Below are positions 38,141-50,600 of a DNA stretch of 64,000 nucleotides, piece by piece (position 1 is the stretch's first letter; every line of letters starts with the position of its first letter). A model generated the notes under the pieces. It had not been told where the DNA came from. It worked only from the letters and a program-made list of their open reading frames with translations, and searched no databases. Made by a program: the position numbers and the translations under genes. Source of the DNA: Eledone cirrhosa (lineage: Eukaryota); NCBI GenBank assembly GCA_964016885.1, contig OZ024743.1, forward strand, positions 11,408,001 to 11,472,000, written 5' to 3'.

Positions 38141-40046
38141 ATGGTGAAAACGCCTGCTATTGGTATCGATCTGGGAACAACCTATTCTTGTGTAGGTGTT
38201 TCAACATGGCAAAGTAGAAATCATTGCCAACGACCAAGGAAACAGGACAACTCCAAGCTACGTGGCTTTCACGGAGGCCGAAAGACTGGTGGGCGATGCA
38301 GCGAAAAACCAAGCGACCCTCAACCCCGAGAACACTGTGTTTGATGCTAAACGTTTAATTGGACGCCACTTTAACGATACTTCCGTACAACAAGACATGA
38401 AGCATTGGCCATTCGGAGTGGTGAACAAAAATGGTAACAAACCACATGTGCAAGTGGAGTACAAGGGAGAGCAAAAGCAGTTTTCGCCCGAAGAGATTAG
38501 TTCGATGGTATTGAGTAAAATGAAGGAGACAGCCGAGTCTTACCTGGGTTGTGAAGTTAAAGACGCAGTAGTAACAGTACCAGCTTACTTTAACGACTCT
38601 CAAAGACAGGCAACGAAAGATGCAGCCAGTATAGCTGGTCTGAATGTGTTGAGAATTGTGAACGAACCAACGGCCGGCGCGCTCGCTTACGGTCTCGAGA
38701 AAAACTTATCTGGTGAGAAGAACGTTCTAATCTTTGACTTGGGTGGTGGTACATTCGACGTTTCCATCTTGGCAATTGATCAAGGATCTCTTTTCGAGGT
38801 GAAAGCTACAGCTGGTGACACACATCTGGGTGGAGAAGACTTCGATAACCGGCTCGTTGATCACTTTGCCGACGAATTCAAACGTAAACACAAGAAACAT
38901 ATCAAAGAAAATCCACGTTCTATCAGACGTCTGCGTACAGCATGCGAACGAGCCAAACGAACCCTATCGAGCAGTACAGAAGCTTCAGTAGAACTGGATT
39001 CTCTCTATGAAGGCATTGATTTTTACTCGAAGATTACCAGAGCACGCTTCGAGGATCTTTGCAGTGACCTCTTCCGATCCACTTTAGAACCAGTTGAGAA
39101 AGCACTGCGAGACGCCAAGTTTGATAAATCGAGCATTCATGACATTGTGTTGGTCGGTGGATCAACACGCATTCCAAAGATCCAGAAATTACTTCAGGAC
39201 TTCATGCAAGGAAAGCCGATCAACAAATCTATCAATCCAGACGAAGCTGTTGCCTACGGAGCTGCCGTACAAGCTGCAGTTCTCTCTGGAGACATGAGTG
39301 ATTCCATCAAAGACGTACTACTTGTAGATGTAGCGCCTTTGTCGCTTGGAATAGAAACGGCTGGTGGTGTGATGACTAAACTTATCGAGCGTAACAGCAG
39401 AATCCCGTGTAAAACATCCGATGTATTCACTACCTATTCAGATAACCAGCCGGGTGTGTCTATTCAGGTATTCGAAGGAGAAAGAGCAATGACAAAAGAC
39501 AACAACTGCCTCGGACGCTTCGAATTGAGTGGCATTCCACCAGCTCCTAGAGGTGTACCTCAAATAGAAGTCTCTTTTGATATGGATGCCAATGGAATAC
39601 TTAACGTTTCTGCTGTTGACAAAAGTACCGGCAAAAGCAACAAAATTACCATCACCAACGACAAAGGACGTTTGAGCAAAGAGGAAATCGAAAGAATGAT
39701 CAATGAAGCTAAACAATACGAGGCAGAAGACGAAAAACAACGACAACGTATTGCAGCTAAGAATCAGTTGGAACAATACATATTCAACGTGAAACAAGCA
39801 CTCAATACAGACAACGATAAACTATCCGAGCAAGTTAAAAATCAGGCTCTTGATATGTGTAACAAAACGTTAGATTGGATAGACAATAACAGTCTAGCAG
39901 AAACAGATGAATTTACCTACAAACTGCAGGAAGCACAGAAATTCTGCTCTCCAATAATGTCGAAACTACACACATCATCTAATTCTAACAAAAATAATTC
40001 CACATCACAACCAACCAGTGGACCAACGATTGAAGAAATCGACTAA
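38141..40046 (+). CDS. hsp70: Cytosolic inducible-type heat shock protein 70, intronless; 2-nt frameshift at ~38198-38201 (pseudogene or assembly error)
   Basis: [22 protein letters not shown] and [14 protein letters not shown] signatures; GPTIEEID C-terminus; IDQGSLFEV serine insertion; no GGMP repeats; ACAATGG start context. Confidence 0.93.
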
Positions 40047-40267
40047 GACATTTATTCACTGATAAACTTTTTCTAAAATACTGTAATATATCTGTAACTG
40101 TATAGTCTACTGTTCTCACATCTCACACAATATCACATTACATGATTCTTGAAGATATTCTGGTTAATATCTTTTCAACAACGTCGTGTACTCTCATTAT
40201 TTATTTTATATATAATATATTGTAAACAACTTCGAAACCTCATATTATTTTTATATTTATTATAAAC

Positions 40268-40273
40268 AATAAA
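40268..40273 (+). terminator. Polyadenylation signal AATAAA of hsp70
   Basis: AATAAA ~220 nt after the stop, after an AU-rich 3'UTR with ATTTA motifs and followed by a T-rich tract. Confidence 0.55.
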
Positions 40274-40826
40274 TTATATTTTCTTTTCCAACACTTTCGA
40301 TGTTATCTTATTTTTGCTTATTCTTTGTTACATCTAAATGTTGCTATTGTTATGTCATGCCCGGCCGCTTCCTTTTCGTACTGGTCCCCGTCGACCTCTC
40401 ATGTGTCCTTAAATCTACATTTAAAGAATCTGAAAGCAAAAGGTTCGGCAACGTTCTATGTCTTGATCACCAGAACCGTGAGGTGTCCCAAATAGCAAAG
40501 CATTGTTCTAGTGTGAACAAGGATGTTGAGTGAAAATATGTCTGAGATAACTCAGGTGCAGGATCAGTTGCTCCGAAGAAAATGCTGGGACTGGGCATTA
40601 TAAGAGGTTGATGAATCTGGAGAATAGGTGGAAACAAGAGACATCATCCGCAGTTGACTAAATAGAGACCAACTGTCTATATTGACAGTTACAGGACCAA
40701 AGAAGCAATCAGAGAAAACATGTAAAAGCAGCTGGAGTGTTAGATATATTTTCTTAGATGCTAAAATCTTCTGTTGAAGTTGGAGAAGAGTATTCTTACC
40801 AATAATCAATTAGGTAATACATGTGT

Positions 40827-41015
40827 TGTCATACCCAACAGCTGGTGTAACAGCATAATCTATAATTGCTACAGGGGAAAATGTGATGCTCTAGAAATGA
40901 GTAACTATAGAGGCCTAAACCTGGTGAGCAAAGTAATGGAAGTGATGGAGTGATAGCCTAACTATTTAGAGAGAGAAAGAAAGAAAGAGAGAGATTGTGT
41001 GTGAGAGAGAGTGAG

Positions 41016-41091
<76 letters not shown>

Positions 41092-43077
41092 CAAATTTGA
41101 TGAGATGCAATTTGGTTTTATACCAAGAAGGAGCACAACAGATATTTCCGAACTAGTGAGAGAATTACCGGAATAACACATAGTGATGTTAACGTATCTA
41201 TAACTTGCTTTGTTGATGGTAGCTGTTTATCATTTTTTGATATCTGCCTTTTATTATAGTCCTCAATACCATAACAGGTCAGTTTATGGCCGGGTCACAT
41301 ATAAAAATCTTTAAGCTGGTGACCCACTTCTTATTGATGAATCTATGAAAGAGCTACAGAAAAGTCCCTATAGTAGAAACTGAACTTAGAGTCAGAGTAA
41401 ACAAAGCAACAATTCAATGCTGCAGTTAGTAAGAAAGAAGACATGGCTCCGGAGCCATTAGGGAACTGGCTATGTTTTATATGTAGAACATATGTAGATG
41501 TGAACTCTAACGAATGTACATAATGTAAAACATTGGTAGATAAGGGATGCAGTAGGGTTCTGGGCAGACAAACAGAAAATGTAGAGGATTTACATGAATA
41601 ATTATTTGTAAGAGACTGGGTGTAATAAACTTTCTTTAAACCATGTATGGACATATGAAGCGTATAGATGTAGATTGTGTGTGGAAAAGTGTCGGGTGTT
41701 CGAAGTAAAAGGAAGAAGTAGTAGACGGTCAAGGAAGACTGGACAGAAGATTTAGAGAGGTCTCAAAACGCAGAACGTGACAGAGGAGATGACGTGGGAA
41801 TGTATTAGGTGAGAGGAAGTTGTATGGGAAAGGCATATCCCATCCTGGCAAGATTAGAGAATAGGACATAAATATATGATGATGATGATGGTGATGATGA
41901 TGATGATGGTGTGTGTATCTGTGTGCGTGTATATCATATGTAGTAACAAAATATATCGGCCCTGTATATAAACATAAGCGAGAAGAAACACATCTCTCCG
42001 CGAGGAAATTACTTGGTATATTTCTCTGGCACTGTACATCAGACACTCCATTATCACCCCGGTCATCAGAAATAGACTAAAATAGTACATTTTAAAAAAT
42101 TTGATGCTTATCTTCAAAATTTGCGCCTAATAAAAATTCTACTTTAGTTTTTCGTGTTTTTTATGTCTTCGGTGTTGTCAACCTCCAAAATGACAAAGTT
42201 TCCATCAATAACAAACCATCATATTTTATCCAGTAAAACATGTGTTGTGCAATTCCTTCATTTAAAAAAATGTTATGATATTAGGGAGATTTGACTGCTA
42301 TGTCTAGCGAGTCTGCACAGGTTCACATCTTGACATAATTATGATTTTATCGGCTGAAAAGGGAAATCATTTTGTTTATGAAACTGAGCTACGAATGTGT
42401 TAGGAAACTATGAAGTGATATAAAGGTGTCACCTTCGTCAGCGAGCGCGAAATTTTCAGTGAATGGGTTGATGTTCAGCCTGTAGAACAACCTGTGGCTT
42501 CCTCAGTTTAGAAGTGCTCCACATTAGCATTGCACTGAGAATGGGAAATGATGTTTGTGGATTACTAAAATGTCACTTTGGTTGGCCTCTCGACTCCACA
42601 GCTGTCCATGATTTGTTTGAATGCTGTTCATTTCTCTGGCCATACCGTACTAAACGTAATTATTAAGCGGACCTTGACTCGGGTAAATATTGCTTCAATT
42701 CTGTAGCCGGCTGGATTGTCCAGAGTTGATTGAAAGACATCAGACGGTTTTACTCTGGGTAAGAGGTAGATATGTTGCAATAGCTTGATACTTTCCTCAA
42801 TAAAGTTTCTTTCACACTATCAAGCGGTTACCATGAAGCCGACCTTGATGGTCTCATAGATAAGTTACCATTGTGATTCGGCGTTCGAGTCACCAATATG
42901 TCTGAGATTTTGACATATCAAACGGCCATCTCTTTATTCTCGAGTCCCGAACACAAAGGGAAGCAAGACTCATAAATTATCTGCTCCCACATTAAATTTA
43001 GCAATTGTAGAGTTCATACTGACTAGCTAATATGTAATGGTCAACTGTCTCACACACCGACCACTTTGGGTCTATCT

Positions 43078-43137
<60 letters not shown>

Positions 43138-43342
43138 CACTCTCCCTCTTTAGTCTACTTCTCTCTCAGCCAGGTCAACGAAATTTATCCCATCAAGAGA
43201 AATTTGGTAAATGCATCTTAAATAGAGTCTTTGCAAGTAAACATGTATATACGTCACACCTGATACAATACAGAGTTCTTTGTGTATTGTCATAACTTCG
43301 ATGAAAGTTATCTATATATATATGTAAAACTGAGGGTGTCTC

Positions 43343-43400
<58 letters not shown>

Positions 43401-43410
43401 TGTATGTGTG
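40827..43410 (+). repeat. Segmental duplication copy C of the hsp70-downstream block
   Basis: Nearly identical to copy B; breaks off within the (TG)n tract at ~43410. Confidence 0.92.
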
Positions 43411-45177
43411 GGGCTCGGATGGGGGGTTGCGGGTAGCACTAGAGGCAAGCTAGTTGTTACGGGAGTGGTGGGGTGAGTAAGGGGATAGAAGGGTGGAGGA
43501 AATAGTGGGATACACGTTTGGTCTCCTAGAATGAGGCGGAGGTGGTGGGGAACAGGGTGACAAAGGCTGATAGGATGTTACGACATCGTTTAACCATTCG
43601 GCTCTCCTGTTCACTCGGCAAATGATTTAGATTTAAATCTAAATGATGACATATTTTTACTAAGTTACTTTTTGACAACAATAACTACTATTATTATACA
43701 AGAATATGAATAAAGGAGTATCTTAGTCTGTCTGAGATAGGATGAGACTCAAGTCTCCGGTTTGTTGACGAATGTAGTGTTCCCTTTGATCTTCATCGGT
43801 ATTATCTTCCGTTACTAAAATTTATCATACTTGTATCAATCCTACTTTTATGTGACCGCTACAGACATACAGACACATTCAACTAAATAACATGCAAAAT
43901 AATTATTACTTTATTGTACACAGAAAGATATAACAGGCTGGACTGTGAATTACGTAAGATTGAAAACACACTCATACACACAAAACGATTTGTTTCTTAA
44001 AAACAGGTTATTTTACTTAAGACTTACAATGTCTGTATCTGAAAAGGGTAACACTGACTTGAACATACATTTTTGTTGCTGTAAAACGCCTACTTCAAAA
44101 TTGGTTATCTTTTACATGAGAATAATTATACTAAAAATATGGCCTAAATATTCTAGACGTCATCGTTGTCGTTGTGGTCGTCGTTGCCACCGCCGCCGCT
44201 GCCGTCGTCTTCTTCGTCATCATCATCATCATCATCATCGTCGTCGTCGCCGTCACCATCACCATCACCATCACCATCGCCATCACCATCATCATCATCA
44301 TCATCATCATTATCATTATCATTTAACGTCTGTTTTCCCCCTACTAGTAATGGTTGGACGGAGAGTCACGGACTAAGTCAGTTTTTAGCCGGTGTCATTG
44401 ATCTCACAGGCGAGCCGGGGGCTGCATGTCACATACGTTCTCGTGCAATACAAAATTAACTGCGTGCGTTTTATCGTGATACCAGTACTAGGAAGTTAGC
44501 ATGTCTTTGACACAACTGAAGAGTCCTTTCGATCCTTTGGCAATTTTTCTATGACTGGATGTCGTTCCTCTCATCAACTATTTTTTCAGTATGTAATGGG
44601 TTCATTTTTCGTGGCAACATCGTGGGGGAGGTTATCGTGCCAAGACTGAAAGGTCCTCTCAACCTTTTTTTGGCATAGTTTCTATTGTGGCCATTGATTC
44701 GACTGCTGAGCCCTCTCTACCCTATATGGGGGGTAACTTATCCCAGGTGAGTCGTGTTTAGGGGAATAGGCTAGGGGGTAAGCATAATTTCATGGTTGAA
44801 GGGAGAAGGACACATTTGATGTCAAGTGGTTTTTAAAGGGGTGGTATGTGCTGAGAGTTAGCGAGGTGGAAGAGAATGATCTCGGGTAGAGGGAGAGGAC
44901 AACGAAGATGAAAACAGTTACTAAAGCTATGATTGGCGTGTAGGGATTTAAAAAAAAATGAAGATGAGATTGATCGTTGACAGAGCGGAGAAACAAATGA
45001 AATAAAGTGAATATCAGAAGAGATATGTCATCGAAAGATGATAAACTAATTGTATAAAAAGTATATCATATGAACCAAGTGCATCTTGGGTAGAGATAGA
45101 GTAGACACATTTAGAAAAAGTTAACACACAACATGTATTACATAGACGGGCATAAATAATATGTCATGTCATGTTCC

Positions 45178-45403
45178 CTGGTGCAACCAGTCGTTGGGGT
45201 GCCACTCTAGATGTGCTACTGGTGCAGCCAATCGTTGGGGTGCTACTGGTGCAGCCAGTCGTTGGGGTGCCACTCTAGATGTGCTACTGGTGCAGCCAGT
45301 CGTTGGGGTGCCACTCTAGATGTGCTACTGGTGCAGCCAGTCGTTGGGGTGCCACTCTAGATGTACTACTGGTGCAACCAGTCGTTTGGGGTGCCACTCT
45401 AGC
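45178..45403. repeat. 41-bp minisatellite, ~6 units (one shortened)
   Basis: CTGGTGCAGCCAGTCGTTGGGGTGCCACTCTAGATGTGCTA head-to-tail with no spacers. Confidence 0.9.
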
Positions 45404-45414
45404 TAAATGTACCA

Positions 45415-45481
<67 letters not shown>

Positions 45482-45635
45482 AACAAAAGATGGTTAAAAG
45501 AGTTCCATGTATTTTATTATGCGCATTTCAAAAACAAATATCATCATGCAATAATATTTGTGTTTTCATCAGATAAAACAGGAAGACATGATATGAAGGT
45601 TAAAAAACACTTGTGGATAGTTCAGTTTTAAATCA

Positions 45636-45674
<39 letters not shown>

Positions 45675-46452
45675 CTAGTCGCTGTACTTGGCTTTACCTA
45701 GGTTTATTAACCTAAAGTAAGGTAATCAAATAAATTTACTGTACTTTAGAACATTACATGATATTCCTTAGTTGGCCCGGGAGTGTTGATTCAGTTAGGA
45801 ATTCAAACAATCCCACCTACAAAAAAAAACAATTCCAGAATATGTACCATGGCATATGATATTGTTTAAAAACCGTGGCCACTAACCTATACATACATAC
45901 ACATCATGTGCACATACATACACACCATGTGTACATACATACACATTCACACACTGACATTGATACATACATTTTCTCTCACTCTCTCACACACACAGGC
46001 GCATATACACACACACACAGGCGCATATACATACACACACAGGTACTCATCCTCAACAGTAAATGATACACTCGAACAGTAAATGATCTGCTGCTAAAAC
46101 GTGACTCTGCTTAAATGTTCTTTATGTGGATTGGCAGTATAGGTAGAGAGTCGGACACCATGCTTTGAAGCATAGCGTTACGTCCCTTTATGATCTGAGT
46201 TCAAATCCCGCCGAGGTTAACTTTGCCTTTTATCCTTACGGGGTCGATAAAATAAAGTAGTAGTAATGTACTGGGTAATTGCTGGCCTTGTGCCTAAAAA
46301 TAGAAACAATTATTATTTAACACTTTTAGTACTTTAGCGTAATTTACCTTCAAACAGATCAAATCTGGACCAACACTACCCCGCCTGCCTCTGTTTCACC
46401 TCCCATCCAAACAGAGGCGCGTGGTACAATTCGGTGCCGTCTTCATCAATCG

Positions 46453-46658
46453 CAGACCTGTCAACTCTCTCCGTCCGACAGGGAGATCTCCCACCCACTT
46501 TCGAGTGGGTGAAAGATGTCTTCTCTTGTGAAAATGGCTATAGCTTCCATTATATAAAATCTCCCCATTTTGCCTCATTTCTCCCTGTTTGGGGGGGGGG
46601 GGGGGCACCTTTTTTTCATGGTCCGTCCCGTTTGAGTTTTTAGAGGTTGGCCGGTCTG
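46453..46658. mobile_element. Possible hAT-like MITE
   Basis: Imperfect TIR CAGACCTGTCAAC / GTTGGCCGGTCTG; no clear TSD. Confidence 0.35.
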
Positions 46659-46824
46659 CAGCCTGTACTCTTCTTGATGCCAAGTGCCTACGAATGAGAG
46701 TAGCCCAAAGAGAAAGAGAGTGGAGCGAGAGACAGTTGTCACACTGGTAAGTAAACAGAGAGCATCGTAGCGTTACAATAGCAATAAACAGTAAATTTAC
46801 ATACGGAAAATAGCGAAGCACGTT

Positions 46825-47100
46825 GGTTGGCTTACCACGTTAAAGATTCCTGGCGGCGCGTTGTGTCCTTGGGCAAGACACTTTATTTCACGTTGCTCCA
46901 GTCCACCCGGCTAGCAAAAATGAGTTGTACTCGTAATTCAAAGAGTCGACCTTATCAGATGTGTCACGATGGATCTCCCTGAGAACTACGTTAAGAGTAC
47001 ACGTGTCTGTGGAATGCTCAGCTATTTTCAGGTTAATTTCGCAAGCAGCCTGTTTTGTGGGGGGTGGGGAGTGAACAACAGCCGCCATCGAAACTGGCGG
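46825..47100 (+). mobile_element. CORE-like SINE
   Basis: GTTGTGTCCTTGGGCAAGACACTTTATTTCACGTTGCTCCAGTCCAC; related 3' segment at ~17430-17600 (minus). Confidence 0.6.
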
Positions 47101-47634
47101 AGATCCAAAAGATATTTTCCCTTTTGGTGACAAACTGACCAGCCAAGCTCATGGATGTTATCCAACCATTTTGCTCGGGGTCAACCCTTGAGTCTTTTGC
47201 CGGTTGGTTTTACTCGTAAAATCTGTCCAGCGATTCTTTCCTGAGACATTCTAACCACATGTCCATAGTATCAGAGCTGTGATCTCTCAATTCGGAGAAG
47301 TAGCTGCTCAACCTGGAGCAACTCTCTGATCTCTGAGTATCGATTAACGTTACTTCAAAGACTCTTCAGGGGAATACCATTTTGGCCGCTGGTATTCGCG
47401 ATCGTATTCTTTCTTCGGTCATTGCCCGAGATTCATGACTATAGGTAAGGGTTGGCACTTGTAAATGTAAGGGTAGCAGGAATGTGTTACTTTTCCAAGG
47501 GAAAGGCAAAGATCAATACAATTTAGCACCAGTGACGTCACGACTCATTTTTTTTTTCAGCTGAATGGACTGTAGTAATGTGTGATAAAGTGTCTTGTTC
47601 AAGAGCACAACACACAATCATCATCATCATCATC

Positions 47635-50600
47635 AATAACAATGACAATAACAACAGCCACAACAACAATAATAGTAGGAACAGTATCAATAAAAACAAC
47701 AATAATAACAACAGCCACAATAACAGTAACAACAGCAACAGTATCAACGAAAACAACAACAACAACACCAACAACTGTACCAACAAAAACATCAACAATG
47801 ACATCGATACCTGTAACAGCGATCTCAGCACCACCAGCACGACCAGTAGTGGCAGCAATAGTGGTGCTGCTGAAAAAGGGACCACTTCTTTTGCGAGTGT
47901 CGCCCGAAATATCGAGGCAGTGTTAGTCACAGAGGAGGAGATGGCCGGAAGCGCCAATAGAGTCTCCCTGAAACCTCCACCCGATTTTTTCAAGGACCAG
48001 CAGCTATAGACGGTGACTTACCGCACCGTAAGCAAAATATCACATCGGGTGGAGAGAGCCACGGAGGCTCAAATCCCAAAGGCCTTGGGGTGCGTCTGGG
48101 CACGCAAAACCCACATCACCCGAGGCAGAAAGTACGCCACAGCAGACGTAATTTTCGCCACCCCCAGGAAGCAAAGTCTCACTCTTTGGAAACCCTAAAG
48201 GGCGAGGAGATAGTCTTGGGGCCCTCCTCCTGCGGGCAGAAAATTGTGAGGGTCAAAGTGACCCAGGTCCCACCCAACGTGCCCATACCTTGGCTGGCCG
48301 CGTCTGTCCTTGCTGGAATCGAGGACAGGACGACCATGCTGCAAGTAGAAAAAATAGGGAGAGAGAACTGGTCAGGTATAGGCATGCAAATTCTTATACA
48401 AACTGACCAGGAATGTATCGGCGCTATCCCCGATATCATAGACATCGAGGAAGGACTCCAACTCTCTATAAGCGTAGAAGGAAGACGGCCAAAATGTTAT
48501 CTCTGTGGGTCGAAGGGTCACCTCAGGGCCTTTTGCCCGCAGAAGACAGCGAAGAAGAAGGCCCCTCTCCTTCCAATACCTGGTCCGATGCTACCAAGAG
48601 CAGGGCAGGCAACAAACGCAGAAACCCCTTCCACGGTGAGTAGGAGGGCAACGTCCGTGGCACCCGTACCAAGGCCACGGACAACTAAAGCAGCAGCATC
48701 AGTGGCGGCAACACCACTAGCTACATTTGAAGTAGCTACACCAGCAACAAAATTGTCGAAAAGGGCTCCATTACCACCACCAACAGCCGTGGAGAACATA
48801 CTCCTCCCAGACGCCATGGAATCCGACATGGAGTTTGAGGCGGGAGTAAAGTGGCAAACGGTCTGCCACAAAAAAACAAAAAAGAAAAAACCCCTTAGAT
48901 TCACTCTCCAAAATCGAAGGCACACAAAGAGGGGTAAAGGCAACAAGGAAACTTGCAGCAACACCACCACTATCACCACCACAAGCACCACCGCCAACAA
49001 CAACCACACCACCACCAGCATCACCAAAAACACCAACAACGCAAACAAAACAAAACACACACACACCAAATAGCAACTAGAAGAAAACAGCAACAAAATA
49101 ACCCCTACCCCCAAAAAGTACACAGCCATAAACATGGCAAAAAAAGAACTCATACAATATATAAAGCAGCACACAGACATCACAGAAAAAAACTACTACA
49201 CCCCACCAACACCAAGAACTCTCCCGACAAACATAAGCATCATTGAAATCTCAATAGAACAGTACAAACCTTTAAAACAAAAATTTCCCAACGCAGTTGG
49301 AGACTTCAGAGGGTCGGTTACCAAGAGGATGTACACTGACATCCTCTTGGAAACACCCATGACCAGTCAAAGGGGCGGTTCTACTGTCCCTTCACCACAC
49401 GATCAAGGTAAGTGACCCTTTCTCACTTGCCCCGTTTCTCATCCAACATGGCTGTACTCAGAATAGGCAGTATAAATGCACGTGGCCTGGGGTCATCTTG
49501 AAAGCAGGGTGACCTGGTCAACGACCTCAGGTCACTAAACATAGATGTGGTGGCCATCAGTGAGACCAGAATCTCCGAAGCACAAGCCTTCGCACCGATC
49601 TTCGGCGGCTACGATGTATACGCATCTCCCAGTCGTCCAGGATCGGGGGGAGGGGTTTCCGTCCTTTTTCGGAGAGGCTTGGATCTCGCCATACGGGCCA
49701 TCTTCCTAGACCCAGAACGTAAGTCGGTGGTGCTGGACGTGACCGGCAGCGAAGGCAATGCTTTCAGGCTAGTAGCCGTCTACGCCCCAACAGGGGCAGG
49801 ACGGCCAGATTTCTTCAGACGTTTAGAGACCTTTCTTGGAACATCCCGCTCTTTAGTGTTAGTGGGCGACTGGAACGGTATCTTGGATGCACGCTGGGAT
49901 TGTGTGGGGTTAGTGGATAGGGGAGGAGGGTGCAAGAGCCTCACCAACCTGCTCAGACGTTTTGAACTGTCTGACAGGTGTCGACTGGATCACCCGAATG
50001 TGCCAATGTGGACATGGACAAATCGCATCGGGTCATCCAGATCGTATCTCGATAGGGTATTCTGCAGAGAACTAGATAAGGCTAGTATAAGTTGTCCTCA
50101 ATTTAAAATAGTCGACTACACAGACCAAAATTTGTGATCTGTGAGATCGACATAGACAGACTTCATAGACAAGGGCCCGGTTACTGGAAGCTGAACGCGT
50201 CTTACCCGGCGCGCAAAGCCTACAGAGACCCGATTAGCGTATTAGTTAAGCGGGCGTTGACGGGAGCGGTCGTCAACAACAGGTGGTGGTTCGCCCTGAA
50301 AAGAGCAATTAAAGTAGAGTCGATTAGGTTTAGCAAAGGAATAGTGACAGAGGAAAATAGAGTAGAGGGAGAGCTAGTCAGAAAGCTAGAAGAGGCGTTT
50401 AGGACAGGCATCGCAACCGACGTGCTTGCGGCGAGATTGGCACTCGACCAATTCTTCAACGCAAAACACGAAGGCTGCGTTGCCAGAGCTAGAGCGTGTG
50501 CTCTGAAACACGAGGGGACAAAAGCCGTCCAATGCCGGGTGGCAGAGGCGCGACGTGGCAACAAAGCCACAATTCGGTCTTTGTCTGACCAAAACGGGTG

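Noticed and set aside
43945-44459. His/Arg- and Ser/Pro-rich ORFs
   Set aside because: Translations of a (CAT/CGT/CAC)n microsatellite at a SINE tail.
45178-45403. CRISPR-like regular repeats
   Set aside because: Units are contiguous with no unique spacers, in a eukaryotic context; this is a minisatellite.
48518-49183. Long antisense hydrophobic ORFs over LINE ORF1 (also 60445-61083 and 59548-60087)
   Set aside because: Shadow frames of C/A-rich low-complexity coding sequence; not conserved between copies.
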